From NCBI RefSeq assembly GCF_006345805.1, contig NC_043019.1:18971360-19035359 (forward strand): 64,000 nt of DNA. Reading direction: 5' to 3'. Below, piece after piece: positions 51,142 through 62,749 of this stretch; position 1 is the stretch's first letter; every line of letters begins with the position of its first letter. The position numbers and the translations under genes were made by a program. This DNA is from Octopus sinensis. Lineage: Eukaryota. Below the pieces are notes generated by a model. The model saw nothing but the letters and a program-made list of their open reading frames with translations, searched no databases and was not told the DNA's origin.

Positions 51142-54100
51142 TCTTTTTTTCCTTCTTTCTTCAAATTTTCTTCCGTTTCTCACCAAGTGTTTTCTGTACA
51201 CCTAGGGCAGAGAAGCTCATTGTATGCATTCACAGGTAAAATATGTATTTAAAAACATTAATTAATAAATTCACGAATGGATGTTGTTTTCACAGCGATA
51301 GTGCTCTTCTCAGTACATGAGCCGTTCCAGTTAATACGATTTTTTGCACTTTCTGTAGGGATGGTAAGCCTGGAATCATTTTCAAATAGGTTTCAGTACC
51401 TTTTTTTATCATTCCTAGAGATCCTACAATCACTGGTACTGTAGTCGCCTTGAGATGCCACATTTTTTCAATTTCTATTAGCAAGTCTTTATATTTACTA
51501 ATCCTGTCAAATTCTTTCACCGCTATATTGTGATCGCAAGGAATACTCATGTCAATTAATAAACACATCCTTTTTGCCTGATCTTTTATAATAATATCCG
51601 GTTTATTAGCTTTTATAGTCCTGTCGGTCTGCACGGGGAAGTCCCATAGAATCGACACATTTTCTCCCTCAGTCATAGCTTCAGGATGATATTTATACCA
51701 TTTGTCAGCGGTTTTGATTTTATAATGCCGACATATTGTCCAGTGTAAATACTGGCCGACTCTGTCATGTCTTGCTTTATATTCTGCAGGTGCTAAGACT
51801 CTACACCCTGAGATTAGGTGGTCTATTGTTTCAATCTCATCGTTACAGAATCGGCATTTCGGCTCCATTTTTTATTACATTGGCTTGATAGTTCCGGGTT
51901 AATAAGCTTTGGTCTTGAGCAGCTAATATGAAACCTTCACTCTCTGCTTTTAGCCCTGAGCTTCGTAACCATTGGTGCGTGTGTTTCTGGTCGACATCAG
52001 CTTGTTTGCTACGGGCCACATACTTGCCATGGAGAGGTTTCTGTCCCCATCTGCTAGCTAAATTTTCATGTGCTTTTGTCTTTGCAGCTGCAGTTGGCGC
52101 ATTTCCTTCAGCCTGATCAATCTGGTGGGTATCTAAGAGATCAGCAGCGAATTTTGTGCTCTCTTTGAGAATAGAGTGAAGTCTTTTCAGTCTTTCATGT
52201 TTTTCAACAAGTTTTAGCATCCAATCGTTGGTTACTTCAAGGTATTTGGCCAGTCCGATTGTGGTGGTTTTGTATGTAAGTTCAAGCTGGATAAAACCTC
52301 GACCTCCCTGAGCTCTGGGAAGGTAAAGATGATCCATGTCTGCCTTTGGATGGTGCATCTTATTACAAGTCAGTAGCTTGCGGATTTTTCTGTCAATTTT
52401 CATTATTTCACTGGTATTCCAGTTAAGCACATTGAATCTATAAAGAACAACTGGTACTGCTAAGGAATTTATGGCTAAAACCTTATTATATGCATTCAGC
52501 TCAGACTTCAGGACTGCTCGAACTCTTCTATAACATTCTTTCCTAACCTTACCTTTCATGCTTGCATGCTGGATACCAGAGCCTTCATTTATTCCTAGGT
52601 ATTTATAGGTTTGTTCCTGCTCAAGTTCCTTTATTACTGTTTTGACATCTAATTCGATTGAACTTGACTTTACCAATTTCCCTTTCTTAAAAGTGGCTTT
52701 GGCACACTTCTCAAGGCCAAACTCCATCCCAATATCATCACTGAATCCTTTCACAGTATGTAGTAGTCCTTCAATTTCTTCATCATCTTTGCCGTATAGT
52801 TTTAAACCATCCATATAAAATAGATGGCTTATTTTCCTGTTGTCAATTTTGTAGCCATATCCTGTTCTCTTCACAGGAGAAATTTTGAAAATGTCCAGCG
52901 ATTTCAGAATCCACGAATGTGGTATGCTGTCAAAGGCTTTTTTATAATCAATCCATGAAGAGCTGAGATTTCTGCGCTTGTTATGGCAGTTCTCAAGGAT
53001 CATGCGATTAATTAGAAGCTGATCTTTGCATCCGTATGAGCCTCGTCTGCATCCTTTTTGTTCCGTGGTTATTCTCTTCCATAAACGTATATGTTTTCTC
53101 CACTAGAATAGATGTCAAAATCTTATAGGTAGTAGACAAACATGTTATAGGCCGGTAGTTTTTTGGGTCTTTCGTTTTGTTATTTTGGGGCAAGAGGTAA
53201 GTAATACCATTTGCCATCCAATGTGGTGTTTTTTCCGGGTCTTTCATAATACTATTAAATAGTATTACTAACATTTTGTGTGTGGACGAGAGTGATGAGA
53301 GCCAGAAATTTGGTATTCTATCAATACCAGGGCATTTCCACTTATGAGCCTCCATTAGTGCCCTCCTTAGGTCGGCGATTGGGATGTCTTCCCATACCTG
53401 TTCTTGTAGATTTTTGTAGTCATCTTGGGTGCGTTTGATCCACTCTGCATTTTCATTGTATGGTTTCTCACCACTCCAGATCCCTTTCCAAAAGTTTTCA
53501 ACTTCTTCCATTAGGGGTGGATTTTCAATGGTTATTTTTTCTTTCCCTATTTCCCTGTAAAATGATTTGGCATTGGATTTGAACATCTTATTTTGCTTAT
53601 AGTATTTGATTCTTTTCTCAAATCTGCGTATTCTCTGAGCTTTTGCTGGAACTCTTTATTTAAGTGTTTCTTTCGCTGACATTAGTTCTTCTCTTGTTGA
53701 GCGTCCATATTTTCTCACAATCTTCCTGCCTTTTCTTGATCTTACATCATTTCCAGAGATTAGCTCAGTTAATATTGATATCTCCCTTCGCAATGATTCA
53801 ATTTCAGTTTCAATTCTACTCCTCCAGTTTGATTTTCTTTTCGAATTTGGTATTGTTGGCTTTTAGGGTGTTAAACAGCGTCTTTCGATTACCTTAGCGA
53901 CAGAGTAAATAATTTCATTTAATTTATTAAGATCGGGTTTTAGTTGGTGTATGATTTCCTGTGTAACGCAGTTGCCAATTTTTATTTGTTTTATGTTGAT
54001 GTGCATTTGAGAGTTTATGGAGTGGTTCCCTATCATTCATAGTTGTATGGCCTACAACTGCAAGCTCATTCAGAACTTCTTGCTTCATTTCAATGATAGA

Positions 54101-54757
54101 TTTTCTGTGTTGTTCAACAAACATGAGGTCTTCAAATTCTGTTTCGACATCATTTTCAGGGCTGTTTTTTCTAGGGTCATTATATTTTCCTTCTTCAGGA
54201 TCTTGAGTCGTTTCGGCAGATGGGCGCCTTTTAGTCAATGCTTGTGGCCCAACATTCCTCTCCTCAGCTTCGTTATTTCTTTCCTGACTTACATTTAGGT
54301 CATTCTCTACCACTTTTTTAATAGAGGTTAATTCTGCATCTGTGAGTCTGGTATTTCTGAAGATATCTCTTCTAACATTTGCTAATCTGTTTTCATCCAG
54401 GTTTGGTCTGCTAGCTGGATTCCTCCAAATTCTGTAGGAGTTTGCGGTGTGTTTTTCTTGGGTTGGCCTACTTAATGCAAAGTAATAAGCGTATATTACT
54501 TATTTATATTCTTCCCGGTTCTATTTAGTTCTTTTACATTATTGATTTTGTGGTCGTTGTGGTGGTGAACTTTGGGGCTTTACTTTGGGACAAATCCCGT
54601 TTAAGTGACCTTCTAGGTTCGTATTCGGGGAAGATATTCTGTCATTTGAAAATTTTTCACCATCAGGCTGACAGCCTCTTGACAGGCGCACTTCCAGAAT
54701 AACTATTGGACAAGCGATTTGGTGGACTGTTTGAAATTTTTTTTTCTTTTTAAGTTA
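51142..54757 (-). mobile_element. R4/Dong-clade non-LTR retrotransposon (RT + CCHC knuckle + restriction-like endonuclease), near full length, inactive
   Basis: N-terminal RPNLDENRLANVRRDI; NYRPITCL; IDYKKAFDS; HLFYMDG; CRFC..ETIDHLISGC; RHD; KPDI; IDMSIP; single-ORF layout broken by frameshifts. Confidence 0.9.
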
Positions 54758-55662
54758 AATTATTATTAAATTTTCATTTTTAAAAATACTTTTTATTTTT
54801 CTTAACCACTAATCTTCATACAGGGGTCACATTTATCATCATTAGCAGCAGCAGCAGTGGTAATAGTAGTAGTAGCAGTAATGGCAGCAGCAGTAGTAGT
54901 AGCAACAGCAGCAGTGGTAGTAGTAGCAGTAGTAGTAAATGCGGCTCATGTAATGTTTTTTTTTTAGGTGGGATGGGGTCCTATCGGTCAAAAAGAGTTC
55001 AAATGTCTACTACTACTGGCAGCGAACAACAGTGACCTTGACCTTAAGAAAAATTTAGGAAGGGCCGAGTTACTCTGTTCTGTATTATTTGTGAAAAGAG
55101 AGAAGTTGTGTTTGACCAGAGAGAGTCTATTATTAGTATCATTATTATTATTTTTTTTTCCACGTGCATTTCTGTTATTGCAATAAAGGGTGTGTTTGCA
55201 TATTTCGGGTATTCAGGGAGAAAATAAAGGTAATATTGTAGAGATTGAAGTTGACTTTTCTAGAGATGCTCGTTTAGAGAAAACAGTTGTGGTTTTGCAA
55301 TAAAAAGGAGATAAAAAGGATGCTTACATTTTTGAATACTCAGGGAGAAAGGAAAGAAAAGACAAGAAGGGTCAAATTTTCACAGAAAGTTTTCAGATTC
55401 ACCAAAGCTGGTCTTTTGTATGTCCACACAAAGAAAACTGTAATGTTTTTAGAATAGGGAGATAGGAAAGGATGAGCATTCACAGCAGTTGTGGATATTC
55501 AAGTTTTTAAAGCTGATCGTTTTGGTTGTTTGAAAACTGTAGATATGTAAATTTGAACATTTCTTAACTTATTTTGAAGGGAATTTTAAATACTCACAGG
55601 ATATTGTAAATATTCCAGTCTCTGAGAGTTCTTTTTGTCCCTCTGTTGTCCTGTATTATTAT

Positions 55663-56338
55663 AAGGGTGGCAAGCTGGCAGAATCATTAGTGTCCCAGAC
55701 AAAGTGCTTAGCAGCATTTTGTCCATCTTTATGTTCTGAGTTCAAATTTTGCTGAGGTTGACTTTGTCTTTCATCCTTTTGGGGTCAGTAAAATAGTACC
55801 AGCTGAACACTGCAGTCAATGTAATCAACATACCACCTCCCCCAAAATTGATGGCCTTGCGTCAAAATTTGAAATCATCATCACCATTATTATTATAAAG
55901 AGGACAATCTGGTAGAATCGTTAGCACGCTGGGTGAAATACTTTGTGGTATTTCATCTGTTGCTACGTTCTGAGTTTAAATTATACCCAGGTCAACTTGG
56001 CCTTTCATCCTTTTGGAGTCGATGAAATAAGCACCAGTTACACACTGGGGTCCATGAAACTGATTTACCCCTTCTCCCAAAATTTCAGGTTTTGTGCCTC
56101 TAGTAGAAAGGATTATTAGAAGGGTAACAAAATGGTGGAACTGTTAGTGTGCTGGGCAAAATACTTGGTAGCATTTCGCTTGTCTGTCTTTGCGTTCTAA
56201 GTTCAAATTGCACTGAAGATAACTTTGCTGCTCATCCTTTCAGGGTTGATAAAATATGTACCAGTTATACACTTGGGCCAATGTAATTGACTTGCCCTTT
56301 CTCCCAAAATTTCAGGCCTTGTGCCTTTCATAGAAAGG

Positions 56339-56376
<38 letters not shown>

Positions 56377-56910
56377 CATTTCTTAAGAAAAGGAGATGAG
56401 CTGGTCAAGTCGTTAGTGTGCCAACCAAAATGCATTTCTTCCACTCTTCCATTCTGAGTTCAAATGCCACTGAGGCCAACTTTGTTTTCAGCAGTTTTGG
56501 GGTTGGGGATGTCAAGAAAATCAACCACCCTTCCCTAAAAATTACTAGCTTTGAGTCAAAACTTGAAGCCATTTTTACTTAAAGACAGTGTATTGGTAAT
56601 ATTGGTAGAATGGTGAACAAAATGCTTTGCAATAAGTAGTTGTGGCTCCTTAAGTTCTCAGCTGAAACCCTGCCTAAATCAACTTTGTCTTTCACCGTTT
56701 CAGGTTTCATGAAATAATTGTCAAGTATTGCAAGTCAATGGAATCAACCAACTCTCACGCTTATCACCGAATGCCAAGCGAAATACCTTGTGGTATTTGT
56801 TTCAGCTCTTTACATACCAAGTTCAAATGCTGTTAAGGTCAAATTTATCCTTTGTTCTTCTGGGGTCTCAAAATACCTGTCAAGTAATGGTGACTGGTAT
56901 AATCAACTAC
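55663..56910 (+). repeat. Head-to-tail stack of about 6 family-A SINEs
   Basis: Starts near 55663, 55897, 56119, 56388, 56580, 56755; several separated by (ATT)n tails. Confidence 0.8.
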
Positions 56911-57119
56911 ACAAGGGTTTACTTGACGTTTTATCCTTCTTACACACAGTTTAACATCTGTTGTTCATGTTGGCATGGGTTAGATGGTTTGACCAAGGTT
57001 GGTAAGTTGAGGGGTTGCACCAGACTCCAGTCTGATTTGGCATGGTTCCTTTGGCTGTATGCCCTTCCTAATACCAATCACTCCAAGAGTGTAATGGGTG
57101 CTTTTATGTGCCAGATTAT

Positions 57120-57164
<45 letters not shown>

Positions 57165-57169
<5 letters not shown>

Positions 57170-57431
57170 CCAAGAAAAAAAGCAACAAGAATGGATCGGT
57201 AGATTAGTATAATTGTTTCACACTAAAAACATTTAATTTCAAGCTGCAAATATAATGTCAAGTATTCCATATATTCTTAGAGAATATATGGAAAGCCTAT
57301 ATGTGATTTAGCTGATGAATACTTGACATTATGTTTGCTGTAATATTTGCAGCTTGAAATTAAATGTTTTTAGTATGAAACAATTGTACTAATCTACCGA
57401 TCCATTCTTGTTGCTTTTTTTCTTGGTTATA
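57165..57431. mobile_element. Foldback MITE with ~90-bp TIRs at a (TA)n tract
   Basis: tataaccaagaaaaaaagcaacaagaatggatcggtagattagta...ttcaagctgcaaatat mirrored at 57342-57431 with few mismatches. Confidence 0.85.
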
Positions 57432-58029
57432 ATCACCCCACATAATTTTATGGTTAATACCATAAAGAATCCTGGTGCATCTAAGTTAAGTACCATATTC
57501 ATTTGAATCTTAATTGTTTTTTGCTGAAATTATATATATATCTTACAATATATATATCATCATCATCGTTTAGAGCCTGCTTTCCATTCTGGCATGGGTT
57601 GGATGGTTTGACGAACTGGTAAGCTAGAGAGCTGCATTAGGTGCCCATCTGATTTTGGCTTGATTTCCTATGGCTGGATGCCCTTCCTAACACCAACCAC
57701 TCCAAGAACGTAATGGGTGCTTTTACATGTCACCAAAACCAGCCACTTGAAAATATAACAAATGCTGAAACAGCAAAATAAGTCATTATTGGGTCAAGGA
57801 ACAATACTCAAAGAGTTTTCTCCTTTGCTTCTTTTGACATTACTGACTTCTCATTGCAGTTATAATTTTAACTAATTAAAAATATTTTTGACTCACCACA
57901 TTAAGTAGGGCAGTTCTGCATTTAAATATTTGTTTTTGTTCATCTGGTGTTTGGAACAAACATTTTTTTCACATAAATTCTGATGGAAGGATTTCCTTTG
58001 AATGTGAATTCTATAAAACAAGAGATTGC

Positions 58030-58455
58030 ACATAATAAGTGCAAGTAGGGCTGTGTGAATGAAAACCCATCCACATGATTTCAAGTTCAGTTCCACTGGG
58101 TAACACCTTTGGCAAGGGCCTTTTGCTATAAGCTTTAGCTACCCAAAGCCTTGTGAATGGATTTGGTAGACAGAAACTAAAAGGAGCCTGTTATTTATGT
58201 ATATGTGTGTGAGCAGATGTATATATTTGTGTCTCCTTGTCTTGACATCATGTGATAATTGTAAGCAAGAGTGATGGTCATACAAGCAGAGTTATTTCCA
58301 ATATTCTGTGAAAACATGTCTGGCCACAGAGATATTACCTTGGTTGGCAATAGGCAAGGGTTGGTGACAGGAAGGGCATCCCTCTATTGGAAATCTGGCA
58401 CTGCCTGACCCATGGAAGCATAGAAAAGTGGATGTTAAAATGATGATGATGATGT
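58030..58455 (+). mobile_element. SINE head B + tail F, full length
   Basis: Ends ggaagggcatcc...ccatggaagcatagaaaagtggatgttaaaatgatgatgatgatg. Confidence 0.7.
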
Positions 58456-58649
58456 ATTAGTGGCTGTTTCAGCATTGGTTTTACTAATGTGGAGGAACCT
58501 AAAAAATAATGTCATCAATATTAGCTGATTAATTAATGGTTTCTGATTCAGACGGAAAGGATGGGATTAGGAGATACCATTGATCCCAGTACATGACAGG
58601 TATTTTCTTTATCAACCTCAAAAGAACGAAAGGTTAAGTTGACCTTGGC

Positions 58650-58740
58650 AGGAAACAGGCTTCAGTTGGATGCAGCAATGTTGATTCAATGCTGTTTCTG
58701 AGAGTTTCGTATCTCCAGAATATTCTTGCAGCTAATCTGT
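58650..58740 (+). mobile_element. Fragment of the same Tc1/mariner family as 48051-49110
   Basis: Aligns to ~48259-48345 (tgcagcaatgttgattcaat..tttctgagagttt..tatctccagaatattctt). Confidence 0.75.
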
Positions 58741-60682
58741 AGCCATACAAAGTGATGATCTGAGTTGAATAGGCAGCCTGAGTGATGGGGGGGTCAGTCA
58801 TTCACTGGCCAGCATGGATGAGCTGATTTGCCAGGGTCCAAGACAATTATTATTATTGGGGTTACAAAGGTTTATTGTTGAGAGAGGGTGGTAGGAGGGA
58901 GAGAGAGAGGCTGACAGAGATAGGGAGGGTCTAATAGTGCAGAGTAGCCACAGAGGATTAGTGGGAGGATGACAGAGCATTGGGGACGGGAGGATGATTA
59001 CAAAGAGGTGCGCTGCTACATCAACATACAATAATTACTTGACTGCATAAATTGGTGGGAAAGTAAGATGGAAAGGGATGACAAGACCAAAGCGCTGAAT
59101 GGTAACGACCAATTTATTTTTAAATAATTTTATATGCACTCATTTTCTTTTCAGAAAAGAGAAATCAATTCTGTTACAGCACTGCAGATTTTGTGTAGCT
59201 TGTTAGGCAGAAATATTTACTCCAATGACAATGGAAGGAGTTCAGAAACCAGTAGCAAAAAAAATTGATAAGTGAGAGAGAGTAGTTGTTCAATTAATGA
59301 TGTACCTTGTTTATGGTTGGCCATTGTCAATCAGGGCAGATGAGAAAAATCATCAGCCAACAGCAGCAACAACATCATCAGACATTTGTTTTCTGTTTTT
59401 TTTTTACGTGTGGTTCATCAACTGAATATCTGCCAAGCATCATTGCAATACTGTAAAAGATTTAAATTTAATCCCTTTGTTTCTTGAATTGTATAATAAA
59501 CACGAAATGAAGAGGATTTTGATAGTGGAACTCAACTCTGAGTGGTGTTCATTTGCAATAATCATGTTTTTTATTGATCCCAAAACTGGCTAAAATGAGG
59601 CAGCATTTCAGGTGGCTGCAGTCATCAATCAAGCCAACTGCTTGTTTTTATGCAGCAAAACAAAACCCTTATCAAACTATAAAGAAAGAACTCGCTAGAC
59701 CTGAATTGTCTTCTCAAGCTTCTGCTATGATTATACCTGGCTTGTTTTGATGACACATGCACTGCTGACCATTATGTCCAGATATTAACAGATAATTCTA
59801 GTCTGTTTTTAATTATCTGACAGTGACTCATATATTTTTCAACAGGACTGGGTTTCCACTTGATTGTGCCAATATCACAAGAGCATTTAGTTGAATGCTG
59901 GGCAGAACACTGAAGAAATTTTCTGAATAGCTTCCAGGATTTGATATGACCATTTTGATGTCTTTTTGTGAGCATATCTATCATTCTTTGCTACTCCCTA
60001 TTCCAAGAAGAGTTGGGTGGGGTTAGAGTCCTCAGATACATCCTCTTTAGGATCCCATCAGAAGCAGCAACTGTCATTAAACTTTCAGGCTGGGTTCCTT
60101 AAGCATAACCAATTGAGATTATGGATATTATCCAGCCATTAGACTTTTGGCTCAGATTGAAGAATCTGTCCTTCAGTCCTTTCCTGAGGATATATGAATA
60201 ATAAATTCCACTAAAGCAACCTTACCAATATCCAAATTACTAATTTGACAGCAGATTTAAGTCTCAAAAGAAGTAGAACCTAATGCCATTGCAAGTTGTC
60301 CAAGACAGGTGAGATTGAAGCTGTTAAAATTCCATTAAAACAGTTGCAGGTGACCATGGGCAGCAAAGACAGAAACAGGAAGAAAAGTCCAGTGAGATGC
60401 AGTTGGAAATCAGTTGTCTGGGAATCGTTAGCTGGATCAGCTCTTTGAGGTTTTGGGAAGGTTTAGTTTTATTTCCATTTTATATTGCTATAGACAACAG
60501 TGAACTGAAAAGGTTTGGCATTATTTGTAACTCTATAGCCATTAAATATAATTGCTGCAAGTTGTGGACACACATATAAATTAGAAAAAACCCCCACCTT
60601 TTATCAATTCAATAATGAAAAATTAAATTATACCATTTAGAAAAATTACATCTTATAGAAAGATTAAATATAAGATAAAACA

Positions 60683-61630
60683 TATAAAGTTGATTAAGTA
60701 TGAAATGTCTGATTTTCTTCTGCACCAAGTTTGACCGTCATTAACTCTAATATTTTATCCTGACAATTCTTTGTTTTGCAACATTGAAGAGTTGCACCAT
60801 GACTTTTCGAAATGCAATTCATGGTGTCTGATTATATTGTGAGTTTTCTCTTGTAAATCAATTTTTGCGAACCAATGGATAGATCAAAAATTCGTGTTGT
60901 TTATGAATCTGAGTTCCATTGTGGAACCAATGCATCCCTGACAGCTTGAAACATCAATGAGGTGTTTGGTGAAGACCGGGGCGAACGAGCACGCTGTACG
61001 TCAATGGTTTGAGAAGTTCTGGTCTGGTGACATTACTCTTGAAAATAAGCCCCATGGTAGACCAGAGACCAAGGTGGATAATGATGAGCTGGAAAGTGCA
61101 GAGGAAGCAGATACATCTCGAACTACGTGTGAGTTAGCAGCAAAGTTTGATGTTTCGATTCCAATTGTATTGGATCATCTGAGACAAATCAACAAAGTAA
61201 AGAAGCTGGACAAGTGGCTACCACAGAAGCTGGACAAGTGAGTACCACATGAACTGAACCAGCATCTTGAAACTTGCTGTACTTTGCTGTCATGGCATAA
61301 AAGCGAAACATTTTTGCATTGTATTGTTATGTGTGATGAAAAATGGATTCTTTTCAACAATAGCAAGCGTTCTGCACGGTGGTCGGATAGAGACGAAGTG
61401 TCAAAATACAACCCCAAAAAGAATATTTACCATAACAAGCTAATGGTGTCGGTTTGGTGGCCCAGCACTGGTGTCTTTCACTACAGCTTCTTGAGATTTG
61501 CTAAGTCAATTACAACAACCAATTGGATGAAATGATGAGTGAACTTGCAATTAAACAAGAGACAGACCAATTCTCTTGCAAGACAATGCTTGACCACATG
61601 TTGCACAAAGAACGCTACTCAAGTTAGAGG
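60683..61630 (+). mobile_element. Second mariner relic (different family from 46058)
   Basis: TA + ttgattaagtatgaaatgtctgattt; ATG 60875; WFEKFWSGD..L.NKPHGRP; K*VPHEL; MCDEKWI; LMVSVWW; LQDNA*PH; 3'-truncated. Confidence 0.88.
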
Positions 61631-61715
61631 AAGACTAAGACGAATAAGTGGGGGCTGAGGATTGATCCTTCGTGGATCCTTACCTGCAATTCTTCCCTGT
61701 ACACATAGCCAATCT
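61630..61715 (-). mobile_element. Short RTE RT fragment
   Basis: IGYVYREELQVRIHEGSILSPHLFVLV (cf. VGVHQGSVLSPLLFIIV). Confidence 0.6.
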
Positions 61716-61844
61716 TCATTTAAATTTTCAAAAATTTAATTGTTTCCCATAATTAGAGTTGAAACAGTCTGAATGACTACAACCAGGACTAAAATGTTTT
61801 TATGATAAATTTATTTTAGCAATTTCTACCTTGACTTTTTGTCC

Positions 61845-62075
61845 TTATGTGTGTGTGTGTATATATATATATATACATATACACAAATATATACACACAC
61901 ATGTATATATACATATATACACACATATATATACATATATACACACATATATATACATATATACACACACATATATACATATATATATACACATTGTGTG
62001 CGTATTTGGATGTATTTATATACATACATGTATATAGGTGCATGAGCTTGTGTGTATATATATATATTTTTTGTT
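61845..62075. repeat. Compound (TA)/(CA)/(TG) microsatellite
   Basis: Seen directly; source of several spurious ORFs. Confidence 0.95.
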
Positions 62076-62415
62076 TTTTGAAATTAGCTATTTCATCTTT
62101 AAATATGAGAAATTAAATATATTAGGTTTTCATTATATACAATCATTTATAGAGTCTATTTTAGATCTTGATTATAATATTTTTATATATATTTTCATTG
62201 ATAATTTATATATATTAGTTATTTCAAATATCTATATAAGGCGATATAGACTAAAATGGATATTAGCATATGGTTTTTCTACCTTATAAATTAAAGTTAA
62301 TATTTAACATTATAGTCGATTTCGATATAATCATATTTAATAATAGAGTTTATTTAGATTATATAGATATTTATATCATAAAAATATTGATTATATTTTA
62401 TATTTTAGGTTTAGA

Positions 62416-62467
62416 AACCACCTGAAGAATGTCTAAGATGTGCTGACACGAAACGATTGTAGTGGTT
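62416..62467 (+). ncRNA. Minimal type I hammerhead ribozyme motif
   Basis: Stem I aaccac/gtggtt; core CTGAAGA (62422-28); stem II tgtc/gaca; GAAA (62450-53); 1-bp stem III with GATT loop; GTA cleavage triplet (62459-61); A.C at the 10.1-11.1 pair. Confidence 0.75.
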
Positions 62468-62749
62468 ATTCATTTTTTAAATTTTAATTTATATAAATTA
62501 TTTTATATTTTATGTATTGGCTTAAGTCTTTCTTTCTTTGATTTGCATAATAGTGGTTTTGTCTCAAATTTATTATAATATATATACAGATATAGACACA
62601 AATATATACACATATATACATGAAACTTCAACATCGACATGAAACTTCAACAATTCATGTCTGTAATGCAAGCCATATATATGCTACAAATGTGTCCCAG
62701 AGAGAAAGGCCACTGTACACAAGAACAAAATCCCCAGAGAGGGCATTTG

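Noticed and set aside
48259-58740. Two paralogous ~90-bp segments reading RLA(V/A)RIFWRYETLRN on -, each after an AG, suggesting duplicated or mutually exclusive exons (SMYD-like)
   Set aside because: The 48 kb copy lies within a co-linear + strand Tc1/mariner transposase relic; both are transposon fragments.
59900-60400. Possible Penelope-like RT remnant on -
   Set aside because: Only vague AMxxGS / NLxIG similarity with many stops.
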